NCBI GenBank assembly: GCA_963766315.1 | Contig: CAVXZM010000013.1 | Location: 229,745 to 293,744, forward strand | Direction of reading: 5' to 3' | DNA: 64,000 bases | Source of the DNA: an uncultured beta proteobacterium | GTDB taxonomy: Bacteria > Pseudomonadota > Gammaproteobacteria > Burkholderiales > Burkholderiaceae_C | In this document: piece after piece, positions 1-18,373 of the stretch | Layout: every line of letters begins with the position of its first letter | Position numbering within the stretch: position 1 is the stretch's first letter | Translations under genes and position numbers: made by a program | The notes under the pieces: model-generated | The model's input: the letters and a program-made list of their open reading frames with translations, nothing else | Databases searched by the model: none | What the model was told of the DNA's origin: nothing

Positions 1-3182
<3,182 letters not shown>

Positions 3183-3185
<3 letters not shown>

Positions 3186-4220
3186 GATGCCGGCGAGGGC
3201 ACGGGTGATCTCCGCGGCCGGGACGGCGCGGCAGCCGCTCGCGTTCTGGCCCGACCAGAGGGGCGAAAAGTCGCCGCTGCCGCGCGCCTCGGCGGCGGCG
3301 CGCAGCGGCGCGATCGCCGCGGTGGCGAGCGGGAATTCGGGCGCGCTCGGCGTCGTCGACCTCGCGCATCAGCCGGTTGACGATGCCGCGCGCCGGCCGC
3401 CCGGTGATGAGCCGCGTCAGCGCGGTGTGGCGCGCTGCAGCGCTCATCGAGCGCCTCGCGATGGATCCGGCTCGTCGTCGCTTCCGGGCAGCACAGGTAC
3501 GCCGTTCCGACCTGGACCATCGCCGCGCCGAGGCGCAGCGCCGCCTCGACGCCGGCGCGGTCGGCGATGCCGCCGGCGGCGATGACCGGCGTGCGCAGCG
3601 CCGCGACCAGCTGCGGCACGAGCGCGAAGGTGCCGCATTGCAGGCTGAGGTCGTGGTCGAAGAAAGTGGCCGCGGTGGCCGCCCGCCTCGAGCCCTTGCG
3701 CGATCACCGCGTCGACGCCGCGCTGCTCGAGCCAGAGCCCTTCGGCCACCGTCGTCGCGCTCGCGAGGATGCGCGCACCGGTCGCGCGAACGCGGCCGAG
3801 CAGCGGCTCGTCGGGCAGGCCGAAGTGGAAGCTGACGACCGGCGGGCGCAGCTCCTCGATCGAGCTCGGCCTCGGCGGCGTCGAACGGAAACCGGCCGCC
3901 ACCCGCGGGCACCGCGTCGATGTCGAGGCCGAACTCGCGGTAGTACGGCGCGAGGGCGCTGCGCCAGACCGCTTCGCGGCCAGGATCGGCGAGCGGCGGC
4001 TGATGGCAGAAGAAATTGAGGTTGAACGGCGACGCTCGGATTCGCGGCGCGGATGGCGCCGATCTCGCGCCGGATCGCCGCCGCGTCGAGCATCGCGCAT
4101 GGCAAGGAGCCGAGGCCACCCGCCGCCGCACACGGCAATCGCCAGCGCGCTGTCCTGAACGCCGGCCATCGGCGCCTGGATCACCGGCAACTCGACGCCG
4201 AGCGCTCGCGGCAGGTCCAT
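3183..4220 (-). CDS. Nitronate monooxygenase-family flavoprotein (frameshifted)
   Basis: [66 protein letters not shown]. Confidence 0.88.
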
Positions 4221-4230
4221 GCGCGTCTCC

Positions 4231-5325
4231 TCAGCTGAACAGACGCCGCGCCGAAGCCGTCCCCGCGGCGAGGTCGCGCGCCGCGAGCGCGCGCGTAGAG
4301 CGTGCCGAGCTCGCCGCCGATCGCCTCGAAGCCCGGCGTGCTGAGCGGGCGCTGGTCGTCGTCGACGACGTCGGCGTCCATGCCGACGGCGAGCGCCTGC
4401 GCCGCCGCCTGCCAGGCCTTGAACGGCTCGACGACGGGTCGGTCTGCGGCACGTCGAAGGCGAGCGTGACGTCGCGCACCGCGGCGCGATCGGGCTCGTC
4501 GGCGAGCGCGGCCTGCGAGTCGAAGGTCAGCGTCAGGACCGGCGGCGCGCCCTCCTCGCTCGACGGATAGACCAACCGGCCGGGCACGACGCCGGGAACG
4601 AAGCCGTGGCGCCGCGCGTGCTGCTGGATGTAGCCGACGCTCCACGCCGCGCCGCGCGCGTGCAGGTGCACCGCGAGCTGGGCGTCGTGCTGGTTGGCGA
4701 AGGCGTCGAGCTCTCGCGCGCGCGCCATCACGTCGAGCATGTCGGGCGGATCGAGGCTGGCGCCGATCGCGTCGGCGAACGCCTGCATCCGCTGCACGAA
4801 TTCCGAGTACTCGATCTCGTTGAGCGCGCCGGTGCGGCTCGCCAGCTGCACGCCCGCCTGCAGCTCGCCATAGCGCCGGCCGGCGGCCGGCGCTTCCCAC
4901 TGCGCCGGTCTCGCTGTCGAGCCCTTCGACGATCGTCAGCTTGCTGCCGACGTGGCGCTTCGACGGCAGATGGGCGAGGACGACGTCGCCGGCGATCGGC
5001 GCGTCGAAGGTGAGCGGTGCGATCGCGTCGATCAGCGCATCGAGCTGCAACGGCAGCCGCTTCGACAGGCGGCGCGCGCCAGCGCGCTCGCCGTGCCGTC
5101 GCCGCCGACGGCGTCGTCGTCGAGCCCTTCGGCGCGGATCGCGATCACGCGGCGCCGAGGCGCTCGGCTCGGCGCGCTCGTTCGCGCTCGCCCGCTTCGG
5201 CCCGGCGCGCCGCGCCTGCCAGGCGCCGTGCGCGACGACGCCGGCGAGGACGACGCCGCCGAGCGATGCCAGCGCGACGGTCAGCGTGCTCAGCGGACGC
5301 CCCGGGCCGTGCGCCGGCCGCTCAT
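4231..5325 (-). CDS. zipA: Cell division protein ZipA-like (N-terminal TM anchor, C-terminal FtsZ-binding domain), frameshifted
   Basis: N-terminal hydrophobic LTVALASLGGVVLAGVVAHGAW; VQLASRTGALNEIEYSEFV; LAFDVPQT; C-terminal ARRLFS; syntenic between smc and ligA. Confidence 0.8.
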
Positions 5326-8300
5326 CAGGCCGCCTCGGCGAGGCGCATCGCTCCGGGCATGTCGACGGTGACGATGCGCGAGACGCCCTGCTCCTGCATC
5401 GTCACGCCGATCAGCTGCTCGGCCATCTCCATCGCGATCCGGTTGTGGCTGATGAACAGGAACTGGGTCGCCTGCGACATCTCGGTCACGAGCCTGGCGT
5501 AGCGCTCGGTGTTGGCGTCGTCGAGCGGCGCGTCGACCTCGTCGAGCAGACAGAACGGCGCCGGGTTGAGCTGGAAGATCGCGAACACGAGCGCGATCGC
5601 CGTGAGCGCCTTCTCGCCGCCCGAAAGCAGGTGGATCGAGCTGTTCTTCTTGCCCGGCGGCTGCGCCATCACCTGCACGCCGGCGTCGAGGATCTCGTCG
5701 CCGGTCATGACCAGGCGCGCCGTGCCGCCGCCGAAGAGGGTCGGGAACATGCGGCCGAAATGCTCGTTGACCTGGTCGAAGGTCGAGCCGAGCAGCTCGC
5801 GCGTCTCGAGGTCGATCTTGCGGATCGCATCTTCGAGCGTCGCCATCGCCTCGCTGAGGTCGGCGTTCTGGGCGTCGAGGAAGGTCTTTCGCTCGCGCGC
5901 CGTGCCGAGCTCCTCGAGCGCGGCGAGGTTGACCGCGCCGAGCGCCTCGATATCGCGGTTCAGGCGCGTCGATCTTCGTCTGCAGGCCGGCGAGACGGAC
6001 GCCGCCTTCCTCGATCGAGGCGGCGATCGCGGCACGATCGGCGCCCGCGGCCTCGAGCTGCTCGAGGTACTGCGCGCCGCCGAGCTGCGCCGCCTGCGCC
6101 TCGAGCTGCAACGCGGTGACCTTGTCGCGCAGCGGCTGCAGCGCCTGCTCGTGGCCGAGGCGCGCCTCGTCGGCGCGCGCGCAGGCGCTGCGAGAGGTCG
6201 TCGTAGAGGCTGCGCTTCTCGCCGAGGCGCTGCTCGTGCTCGAGGCGCGCCGCCAGCGCGCTCTGCAGCTCGGCCTGCGCCGGCGCGTCGTCGAGCTGGG
6301 CGTGCTCGTCGGCGAGCGCGGCGTCGGCGAGCCGGTTGCTTTCGATCTGCTGGCGCGCGGTCTCGATCTGCGCGCTCGAGCTCCTGGCGTCGCGCCGCGA
6401 ACGAGCGCAGCTCGAACTGCGTCTCCTGGGCGCGGTGCTCGAGCGCGCGCAGCTCGGCGCGCGCGGCGTCGAGCGCGCCGCTCGCGGCGAGCGTCTCCTC
6501 GTCGAGCGTCGGCCTGCAGCTCCTGGGCGACGCCGAGCTCGCCGTCGAGCGCCTCGAAGCGCGACTCGCCGGCGCGCCGCCGCTCGGCGAGCTCGGCGAG
6601 CTCGGCCTCGAGCGCGGCGCGCTCGCCGCCGAGCTGCTCGCGGCGCAGGCTCGTCTGCTCGGCCAGCTGGGTGAGGCGCAGCAGCTCGACATGCTGCTGG
6701 TGGCCGAGCGACTGCAGCCGCGCCGCCTCGCGCTGGCTCGCCGCCAGGTGCGCGGCGGCCTCGGTGCTCTCGGCCTCGGCGCGAATCAGGCGGCTGCGCG
6801 CCTCGTCGCCGACCAGCGCCTGCGCCCGCGTCTGCCGGCGCAGGTTCTCGATCTCCTGGGCGCGCGCGAGCAGGCCCGCCTGCTCGGAATCGGGCGCGTA
6901 GAAGGCGACCGCGAACTGGCTCACCGCGTGGCCTTCGCGGGTCATGATGACCTCGCCGTGGGTCAGGCTCGAGCGCGCGGCGAGCGCAGCGTCGAAGTCG
7001 CTCGCGGTGTAGACGCCCTCGAGCCAGTCGCCGAGCAGCGCCGCCAGGCCGGCGTCGCCGAGATGGAGCAGGTCGGCCAGGCGCGGCAAGGTGTGATGCG
7101 ACGACGGATGCGCCGCCGCCGGCGCGGTGAAGAACGCGAGCCGCGACGGCGGCGCGTCGGCGGCAAAGGCGCGCACGCTGTCGAGCCGGCCGACCTCGAG
7201 CGCGCCGAGGCGCTCGCGCAGCGCCGCCTCGAGCGCCGACTCCCAGCCGGGCTCGATCCGGATCCGCGTCCAGAGGCCCGCGAGCGATTCGAGGCCGTGC
7301 TTGGCGAGCCACGGCTTGAGCTTGTTCTCGACCTGCACCTTCTCCTGCAGCGCCTGCAGCGCCGCCAGCCGCGCGGCGAGCTCGGCGTGGCGCCGGCTCT
7401 CGTCGTTGACCGCGTCCTGCAGCGTCGCGCCGCGCCTCGTCGAGCGCCGGGATGCGCGCCTGCCAGTCGGCGACAGTGGCCAGCGCGGCGGCGTGCTGCG
7501 CCTCGGCGTCGCTGGCCGCGCGCCGCGCGGCCTCGAGCTCGGCCGGCTCGACCTCGGCCAGCCCCTTTTCTTCGTTGCGCAGCCGCTCGCCGCGCGCCTC
7601 GGCCTGCGCCTGGCGCTCCTCGACGCCGCGCGCCTCGGCGGCGAGGACCTGGATCTGCTGCTGCACCGTCGCGACCGCGCTGCGCTGCTCGTGGCTGCGC
7701 GCCTGCGCCGCGCGCACCGCCTCCTCGCTGCCGGCGATGCGTGCGGCGTGCGCGGCGAGGTCGGCGGCGATCGATCTCGGCGCGACGCTCGGCCGCTTCG
7801 GCGTCGCCGCCGAGCCGCTCGTGCTCGGCCATGCGCGTCGCTTTCGCGCACGCGCCACGCCGCGCTTTGCGCCTCGAGGTCGGCGCGCTGGCGCAGCAAC
7901 CGCTCGCGACCGGCGGCGACGTAGCGGATCCGCTCCTCGAGCCGGCTCACCTCGAGCGCGGCCTGGCCGAGCGCGCCCTGCGCGGCGTGCAGCGCGTCGT
8001 TGGCCTCGTAGTGCGACTGGCGGATCGCCTCGAGCTCGGCTTCGGCATGGCGCAGGTCGGCGTTGCGCGATTCGAGCGCGGTGGTCGCCGCGACGACCGC
8101 CTGGCCGACGCGCTCCTCCTCGCGCGTCGCGTCGCGGTGCTTCAGGAACCAGAGCTGATGCTGCTTCAGCTGCGCCTCGTGCTGCATCGCGCGATAGCGG
8201 CCGGCGACCTCGGCCTGCGCCTCGAGCTTGTCGAGGTTGCCGGTGAGCTCGCGCAGGATGTCCTCGACCCGGGTCAGGTTCTCGCGCGTGTCCTTGAGCC

Positions 8301-8848
8301 GGGTCTCGGTCTCGCGCCGGCGCTCCTTGTACTTCGAGACGCCCGCCGCTTCCTCGAGGAACAGGCGCAGCTCCTCGGGCTTGCTCTCGATGATCCGCGA
8401 GATCGTGCCCTGGCCGATGATCGCGTAGGCGCGCGGCCCGAGGCCGGTGCCGAGGAACACGTCCTGGATGTCGCGCCGGCGCACCGGCTGGCCGTTGATG
8501 TGATAGCTGCTCGTGCCGTCGCGCGTCAGCACGCGCTTGACGGCGATCTCGGCGAAGCGGTTCCACGGGCCGCCGGCGCGCGCTCGGCTGTTGTCGAACG
8601 ACGAGCTCGACGCTGGCGCGGCCGGCGGGCTTGCGCAAGTTCGTGCCGTTGAAGATCACGTCCTGCATCGACTCGCCGCGCAGCTCGCTCGCCTTGCTTT
8701 CGCCGAGCACCCAGCGCACGGCGTCGATGATGTTCGACTTGCCGCAGCCGTTGGGGCCGACGACGCCGACGAGCTGGCCGGGAAGCTGGAAGTGGGTGGG
8801 CTCGACGAACGACTTGAAGCCCGAGAGCTTGATCGAATTGAGACGCAT
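5325..8848 (-). CDS. smc: Chromosome segregation protein SMC (frameshifted)
   Basis: [14 protein letters not shown], Walker [10 protein letters not shown], coiled coils, hinge, [10 protein letters not shown] signature, Walker [11 protein letters not shown]. Confidence 0.96.
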
Positions 8849-8871
8849 GGACGGCGGCGGCTGGCTCCGCC

Positions 8872-8884
8872 TAAGTTATTGATT
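8872..8884 (-). promoter_or_regulatory. Putative IHF binding site in the divergent smc/queF intergenic region
   Basis: Reverse complement AATCAATAACTTA matches the IHF consensus WATCAANNNNTTR exactly and lies in a short AT-rich patch. Confidence 0.55.
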
Positions 8885-8981
8885 TAATTGGAGAAAGTGC
8901 CGTCCTGCACAGAGAGGCGGAGAGCGCCCGGATGATAGCATCGCGACCCTTCGTCTCCAGCGCGCGCAAGGCTTTTCCGTC

Positions 8982-9456
8982 ATGGCCAGAACCCCTCTCT
9001 TCGCAACGACCCTCGGCTCGACGCCGCGAGGCGCCTGCGGTGCCGCCGAGCGCACCGCAGAAACACCTCGACGTGTTCGCCAATCCGAGCCCGGAGCGCG
9101 ACTACACGATCCAGTTCGTGGTGCCCGAGTTCACCTGCAACTGCCCGCTCACCGGACAGCCCGACTTCGCCCATTTCACGATCGAGATGGTCGCCGACAA
9201 GCTCTGCATCGAGCTGAAGAGCCTGAAGCTCTACTTCTGGAGCTACCGCAACGTCGGCGCGTTCCACGAGAAGGTGACCAACGAGATCCTCGACGACATC
9301 GTCGCCGCGGCCCGGCCGCGCTTCGTTCGCATCAGCGCGCGCTGGAACGTGCGCGGCGGCATCTACACCAACGTCGTCGCCGAGCACCGCAAGAAGGGCT
9401 GGCGCCCGGCACAGGCCGTCACGCTGCCGCCGGACCCCAATCCCATAATGCGCTGA
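8982..9456 (+). CDS. queF: PreQ0 reductase (7-cyano-7-deazaguanine reductase), short type I form; start uncertain
   Basis: [41 protein letters not shown] motifs. Confidence 0.92.
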
Positions 9457-9544
9457 TGAATCACCCGCGTGGGCAAAAGTGCCGGGCCGGGCCACCCGGC
9501 CACTCCCTCGTGAGCCGGCCCGCTCCCTACAATCCGCACGCCTC

Positions 9545-10369
<825 letters not shown>

Positions 10370-10379
10370 AGGACATCCC

Positions 10380-11570
10380 ATGAGTAGCGGCAACATGGAG
10401 CGCGTGCTGCGGCTGATGTCGGAAAAGGGCGCCTCCGACGTCTACCTCTCGGCCAGCTCGCCGATCCTGATCAAGATCAACGGCCAGCTGCTGCAGCTCT
10501 CCGACCAGCCGCTCACCCACGCCCAGCCGCGCCAGCTGCTCGCCGAGCTGCTGACGCCGAGCCAGCTCGAGGAGCTCGAGGACACCGGCGAGCTCAACGT
10601 CGGCGTCGGCCTGCAGGGCGTCGGCAGCTTCCGTCTCTCCGGCTTCAAGCAGCGCGGCACGATCGCCGCGGTGTTCCGCTGCATCCCGTTCGAGATCCCG
10701 ACGCTCGAGAGCCTCAACGTGCCGTCGATCCTGAGCACGCTGGTGCTCGAGAAGCGCGGCCTGATCCTGATGGTGGGCGCGACCGGCGCCGGCAAGAGCA
10801 CGACGCTCGCGTCGATGATCGAGCAGCGCAACCAGCAGATGGCCGGCCACATCCTGACGATCGAGGACCCGATCGAGTTCCTGTTCAACAACAAGAAGTC
10901 GGTGATCAACCAGCGCGAGGTCGGCCGCGACACGCAGACGCTGCAGATCGGCCTGAAGACCGCGCTGCGCCAGGCGCCCGACCTGATCATGATCGGCGAG
11001 ATCCGCGATCGCGAGACGATGACGGCGGCGATCTCGTATGCGCTGTCGGGCCACCTCGTGCTCTCGACGCTGCACGCCAACAACAGCTACCACGCGCTCG
11101 GCCGGATCCTGTCGTTCTACACGCCGGAAGCGCGGCCGGCGCTGCTCGCCGACCTCGCCGCCGGCCTGCGCGCCATCGTCTCGCAGCGCCTGGTGCGCAG
11201 CGTCGCCGGCGGCCGCATGCCGGCGGTCGAGGTGCTGCTCAACACCAAGCTGATCTCGGAGCTGATCGAGCGCGGCGACTTCAGCGGCGTCAAGGAGGCG
11301 ATGGAGAAGTCGATGGCCGAAGGCTCGCAGACCTTCGAGCAGGACCTCGCGCGCATGATCGACGGCAACATCATCACCCGCGACGAAGGCCTGGCCTACG
11401 CCGACTCGCCGACCAACCTGATGTGGCGCCTGCAGAACGACATGACGCCGGTCTCGCGGATCGTGCCGAAGAAGGAAGACGACAGCGACCAGCCGAGCTT
11501 CACCGAGATCACGATCGACGTGCGGCCCGAGGAAGTCGTCGGCGTCTCGCCGAACCTGCGCCGCTTCTGA
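10380..11570 (+). CDS. PilT/PilU-family type IV pilus retraction ATPase
   Basis: GATGAGKST Walker A, TIEDPIE Asp box, GEIRD Walker B, STLHAN His box; ORF intact from MSSGNMER. Confidence 0.9.
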   Translation: MSSGNMERVLRLMSEKGASDVYLSASSPILIKINGQLLQLSDQPLTHAQPRQLLAELLTPSQLEELEDTGELNVGVGLQGVGSFRLSGFKQRGTIAAVFRCIPFEIPTLESLNVPSILSTLVLEKRGLILMVGATGAGKSTTLASMIEQRNQQMAGHILTIEDPIEFLFNNKKSVINQREVGRDTQTLQIGLKTALRQAPDLIMIGEIRDRETMTAAISYALSGHLVLSTLHANNSYHALGRILSFYTPEARPALLADLAAGLRAIVSQRLVRSVAGGRMPAVEVLLNTKLISELIERGDFSGVKEAMEKSMAEGSQTFEQDLARMIDGNIITRDEGLAYADSPTNLMWRLQNDMTPVSRIVPKKEDDSDQPSFTEITIDVRPEEVVGVSPNLRRF

Positions 11571-11595
11571 GCTCCCGTCCCCGACCGCCTGCCCG

Positions 11596-12747
11596 ATGTC
11601 GGCGACGCCTGCTCCTCGCCGAGCAGCTGATCGCCTGCCGCTCGGTGACGCCCGACGACGGCGGCTGCCAGGCGCTGATCGCCGCGCGCCTCGCGCCGCT
11701 CGGCTTCGCCTGCACCTCGCTGCCGTTCGGCCCGGACGCGGCGCGCGTCAGCAACCTGTGGGCGATCCGGCGCGGCCGGCGCCCGCCGGCAAGCTGCTCG
11801 TCTTCGCCGGCCACACCGACGTCGTCCCGACCGGCCCGCTCTCGGCCTGGACCAGCGACCCGTTCGTGCCGACCCTCGCGACGGCAAGCTGTACGGCCGC
11901 GGCGCCGCCGACATGAAGACCTCGATCGCGGCGATGGTCGTCGCGGCCGAGGAGTTCGTCGCCGCCCGCCGACGCACCGCGGCGCGTCGCCCTGCTCATC
12001 ACCAGCGACGAGGAAGGGCCCGTCGGTCGACGGCACGGCGCGCGTCTGCGAGCTGGCTGGCCGCGCGCGGCACGCGGCTCGACTACTGCATCGTCGGCGA
12101 GCCGACTTCGGTGCGCGCGCCTCGGCGACACGATCAAGAACGGCCGCCGCGGCACGCTCTCCGGCAAGCTCCGCGTCCAGGGCGTGCAGGGCCACATCGC
12201 CTATCCGCAGCTGGCGAGGAACCCGATCCACCTCGCCGCGCCGGCGCTGGCCGAGCTGGTCGCCGTCGAGTGGGACCGCGGCAACGAGCACTTCCCGCCG
12301 ACCTCCTGGCAGATGTCGAACATCCACGCCGGCACCGGCGCCGGCAACGTCATCCCGGGCGAGGTCGTGATCGACTTCAACTTCCGCTTCAGCACCGAGT
12401 CGACGCCGGAGTCGCTGCGCGCGCGGGTCGAGGCGATCGTCGCGCGGCACGACGTCGACCACGACATCGCCTGGACGCTCGGCGGCGAGCCGTTCCTCAC
12501 CGCGCCCGGCGAGCTGAGCGACGCGCTGGCGCAAGCGATCCGCGAGCAGTGCGGCGTCGCGCACCGAGCTCTCGACCACGGGCGGCACCTCCGACGGCCG
12601 CTTCATCTCGCGGATCTGCAAGCAGGTGGTCGAGTTCGGCCCGGTCAACGCGAGCATCCACAAGATCGACGAGCACATCGAGGTCGCGAGCCTCGAGCGT
12701 GCTGAAGAACGTCTACCGCGCGACGCTGGAGCAGCTGCGTGCGATGA
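11596..12747 (+). CDS. dapE: Succinyl-diaminopimelate desuccinylase (frameshifted)
   Basis: [62 protein letters not shown]. Confidence 0.93.
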
Positions 12748-13617
12748 CCCTCGTCGAGCTCGTCGTCGCCTCGGCCGAGCGGCTGAAGCAAGCCGGGGTC
12801 TCGTTCGGCCACGGCACCGGCAACGCCTTCGACGAGGCCGCCTGGCTCGTGACCTGGGCGCTCGGCCTGCCGCTCGACGCCCTCGAGACCCAGGGCCGGC
12901 GCGCGCTCACGCCGAGGAGCAGGCCAAGGCCGAAGCGCTGATCGCCCGGCGCATCGACACGCGCAGGCCCGCCGCCTACCTGACCGGCGAAGCCTGGCTG
13001 CAGGAGGTGCCGTTCACGATCGACGAGCGCGCCATCGTGCCGCGCTCGTTCATCGCCGAGCTGCTGGCCGACATCGAGGAGACCGGCACGCTCGACGCCT
13101 GGCTGTCGGACCGGACCCGGCGCGTGCTCGACCTGTGCACCGGCAACGGCAGCCTGGCGGTGATCGCGGCGATGGCGTATCCCGAGGTCGCGGTCGACGC
13201 CGCCGACATCTCGCCCGGAGCGCTCGCGCTGGCGCGGATCAACGTCGCGCGCCACGGCTCGGCGATCGCATCCGGCTCGTCGAGTCCGACCTGTTCGCCA
13301 AAGCTGCCGGGGCGCTACGACCTGATCCTCTGCAACCCGCCCTACGTCAACGACGCCAGCATGGCGGCGCTGCCGGCCGAATACCGCGCCGAGCCGGCGC
13401 TCGCGCTGGCCGGCGGCAGCGACGGCATGGACTTCGTCCGCCGCATCGTCGCCGAGGCGCCCGCGCACCTGAGCGACGACGGCGTGCTCGTGCTCGAGGT
13501 CGGCCACGAGCGCGGCCATTTCGAGCGGCGTTCCCGCGCCTCGAATGCGCCTGGCTCGAGACCAGCGCCGGCAGCGACAGCGTCGTCCTGATCGAGCGCC
13601 GCGCGCTGACGGCCTGA
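12744..13617 (+). CDS. prmB: 50S ribosomal protein L3 glutamine methyltransferase (frameshifted)
   Basis: [46 protein letters not shown] motif. Confidence 0.92.
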
Positions 13618-13738
13618 GCTGCCTGCTGCGCGGGCCGATCTCAGGCGCGCCCCTCGCCGAGCCGGTACGGCCCAGTGCGCGGCGCGACTCGGCCCGCGCG
13701 CGGCGGAAGCTAAACCTTCGGCTGAAGCAAAATCGCCC

Positions 13739-15747
<2,009 letters not shown>

Positions 15748-15778
15748 ACCGCATTCCCCCCTGCCAAAGGAGACACTC

Positions 15779-16207
15779 ATGATCAAGCCAGAGAAGGTCC
15801 TCTACACCGCCCACGCCACCTCGACCGGCGGCCGCGACGGCACCTCGAAGAGCGACGACGGCGTGCTCGAGGTCAAGCTGACGGTGCCCAAGGGCCTCGG
15901 CGGCAACGGTGCCGTCGGCACGAACCCGGAGCAGTTGTTCGCCGCCGGCTATTCGGCATGCTTCATCGGCGCGATGAAGTTCGTCGCCGGGCAGCAGAAG
16001 ATCGCCCTGCCCGCCGACACCTCGATCAGCGCCGACGTCGGCATCGGCCCGATCCCGCAGGGCTTCGGCATCCAGGTCGCGCTGCACGTGAAGATCCCCG
16101 GCATGGACAAGGCGCAGGCGCAGAAGATCGTCGAGGCGGCGCACCAGGTCTGCCCGTACTCGAACGCGACGCGCGGCAACATCGAGGTACTGCTCGACGT
16201 CGTCTAG
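15779..16207 (+). CDS. ohr: Organic hydroperoxide resistance protein
   Basis: LYTAHATSTGGRDG, GTNPEQLFAAGYSACF, AHQVCPYSNATRGNI; SD AAGGAG upstream. Confidence 0.95.
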   Translation: MIKPEKVLYTAHATSTGGRDGTSKSDDGVLEVKLTVPKGLGGNGAVGTNPEQLFAAGYSACFIGAMKFVAGQQKIALPADTSISADVGIGPIPQGFGIQVALHVKIPGMDKAQAQKIVEAAHQVCPYSNATRGNIEVLLDVV

Positions 16208-17178
16208 CCGCGCGCCGGCGCCACGGCGTTGCGACGCGCGCAGCAAGGTCAGGATCAGCTCGACGCGCGCCTTCACCGGCGTCAGGTCGCCCGCGGCGGC
16301 GAGCGCCTCGCCTCGCCGCGGCGACGAGCGCGCCGTCGAGGCAGCGCGTGCTGCGCAGCACCGCGACGCCGCGCGAGCGCGCCCGCACGAGCGCGTGCTC
16401 GAGGCGGCGGTGGAGCGTGCCGTTGCCGGTCGCGGCGACGACGATGCCCAGCGACGCCGCCCTGCACCAGCAGGTCGACGGCGCGGCCGTCGGCGCCGGC
16501 GACGCTCGGTGACGATCTCGACCCACGGCCATGCCGCCGGGTCCTCGGGCAAGGCAGCGAGGCCGATCCCTGGGCCTCGCCGGGCCACGCACGCAGCGCA
16601 ACGAGGCGCCGTCGATCGACGCGCGCGAGCGCGCCCTGCTCGCCCGACGAGAACGCGTCGAGCCGGGTCGGATGGACCTTGCGCACGGCGCGCGCCGAGT
16701 GCACCATGCCGGCAAGAACGACGACGACGCCGGGCCCGGGCGGTCGCGCGCGACGGCGATCGCGTCGGCGAGGTTGCGCGGCCCGTCGGCCTCGCGCGAC
16801 GACGCCGGCCGCATCGCCGCGGTGAGGACGACCGGCTTGGCGCGGCGACGACGCGCGCCAGGAAGTACGCGCGTCTCCTCGAGCGTGTCGGTGCCGTGGG
16901 TGACGACGACGCCGCGCACCTCCGGCGCGCGCAAGGTGGCGCGCGACCGCCTCGGCGAGCCGGCGCCAGATGGCGAAGTCCATGTCCTTGCTGTCGATCT
17001 GGGCGACCTGCTCGCTCTCGGTGACGACGCGCACCGCCGGCGGGCACGCGAGGCCAGCAGGCGCCGACCGGCAGCACCGCCGACGGTGTAGGCGACGTTG
17101 TCGTCTGGCGATGCGGCACGGCCGGCGATCGTGCCGCCGGTGCCGAGAACGACGATGGTCCCGGGAGGCGCTTTGCAT
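16204..17178 (-). CDS. L-asparaginase/glutaminase family protein (frameshifted)
   Basis: N-terminal LGTGGTIAG (read across frames), [29 protein letters not shown]-terminal [10 protein letters not shown]. Confidence 0.85.
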
Positions 17179-17189
17179 TTTCCGGAAAA

Positions 17190-17205
17190 CTGGATGAAAA
17201 TACAG
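17190..17205. promoter_or_regulatory. SOS box 1 (LexA operator)
   Basis: CTGGATGAAAATACAG = CTG-N10-CAG with AT-rich spacer, upstream of lexA. Confidence 0.85.
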
Positions 17206-17207
17206 GA

Positions 17208-17223
17208 CTGGATATTTATTCAG
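17208..17223. promoter_or_regulatory. SOS box 2 (LexA operator)
   Basis: CTGGATATTTATTCAG = CTG-N10-CAG, 2 bp after box 1; tandem operators are typical of lexA autoregulation. Confidence 0.85.
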
Positions 17224-17265
17224 CTACCGCGACAGGCGAATCGGCGCTGCCGAGGAAAGGCTCGC

Positions 17266-17941
17266 ATGCAGGAATCGCCCAAGCTCACCGACCGCCAGCA
17301 GCAGATCCTCGACCTGGTCCAGAGCGCGATCGAGCGCACCGGCGCCCCGCCGACCCGCGCCGAGATCGCCAACGAGCTCGGCTTCAAGTCGGCCAACGCC
17401 GCCGAGGAGCACCTGCAGGCGCTGGCGCGCAAAGGCGTGATCGAGCTGATCGGCGGCACGTCGCGCGGCATTCGTCTGCAGTCTGACACATTGCGCGCGC
17501 TGAACCAGGCGCGCGGCAAGCAGTTCACCCTGCCGCTGCCGAGCCTGGCGCAGCTCTCGCTGCCGCTGGTCGGCCGGGTCGCCGCCGGGCAGCCCGATCC
17601 TCGCGCAGGAGCACATCGACCAGACCTTCCTGATGGAAGCGAGCATGTTCTCGCGCCGCCCCGACTACCTGCTCAAGGTGCGCGGCATGAGCATGAAGGA
17701 CGCCGGCATCATGGACGGCGACCTGCTCGCGGTGCAGAAGACGAGCGAGGCGAAGAACGGCCAGATCGTCGTCGCCCGGCTCGGTGAAGACGTCACCGTC
17801 AAGCGCTTCAGGAAGACGCGCCACGGCGTCGAGCTGCTGGCCGAAAACCCCGAATTCAAGACCATCGTCGTCGGCCCCGGCGACGGGTTCGAGATCGAAG
17901 GCCTGGCCGTCGGCCTGATCCGCAACAACATGCTCATGTAG
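17266..17941 (+). CDS. lexA: SOS repressor LexA (one frameshift near 17590)
   Basis: [32 protein letters not shown] cleavage site, VRGMSM catalytic Ser, VTVKRF catalytic Lys. Confidence 0.96.
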
Positions 17942-17959
17942 ACGCGCCGGGAGCGAGCG

Positions 17960-18258
17960 ATGGTGATCAAGGCACCCAAGGCGCGAACCGCCGCCGAATG
18001 CGAGCGGCTCGAGCAGCTGCCCAACATCGGCCCGTCGCTGGCCGCCGACCTGCGCCGGATCGGCATCGAGCGGCCGGTCGACCTGCACGGCCAGGACGCA
18101 TTCGCCCTCTATCGCCGCTGTGCGAGGCGACCGGCCAGCGCCAGGACCCGTGCGTGCTCGACACCTTCATGGCCGCCACCGACTTCATGCGCGGCGCCGC
18201 CGCCGCGCCGTGGTGGAAATACACGGCCGAGCGCAAGGCGACCTTCGGCGCGGTCTGA
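17960..18258 (+). CDS. Small helix-hairpin-helix protein (Cdd1/mitomycin-resistance-like), frameshifted
   Basis: LEQLPNIGPSLAADLRRIGI HhH; QDPCVLDTFMAA...PWWKYT C-terminus. Confidence 0.8.
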
Positions 18259-18279
18259 GCCGGTCGCCGCGAGCGAACG

Positions 18280-18299
18280 GCCGCCGTGGGCGGCTTTTT
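18280..18299 (+). terminator. Rho-independent terminator after the lexA-HhH pair
   Basis: GCCGCC-GTG-GGCGGC hairpin followed by TTTTT. Confidence 0.65.
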
Positions 18300-18373
18300 C
18301 GCGGCTTCGTCCTGCGGCGCCGCGAAACAATCGCCACGCCGGCTCCTGCCGGCGAACTCCTCGTCGCGCATTC

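Noticed and set aside
5509-8652. Very long antisense ORFs (e.g. 5509-8652 +, 12713-15448 -, 55658-57202 +, 48834-51317 +)
   Set aside because: Shadow ORFs expected in high-GC DNA opposite or overlapping well-identified genes; low-complexity Arg/Ala/Gly translations with no motifs.
12700-12800. Apparent in-frame DapE-PrmB fusion (…[18 protein letters not shown]…)
   Set aside because: An ATGA stop/start overlap is present at 12744-12747 and one indel restores the usual two genes in an error-rich region.
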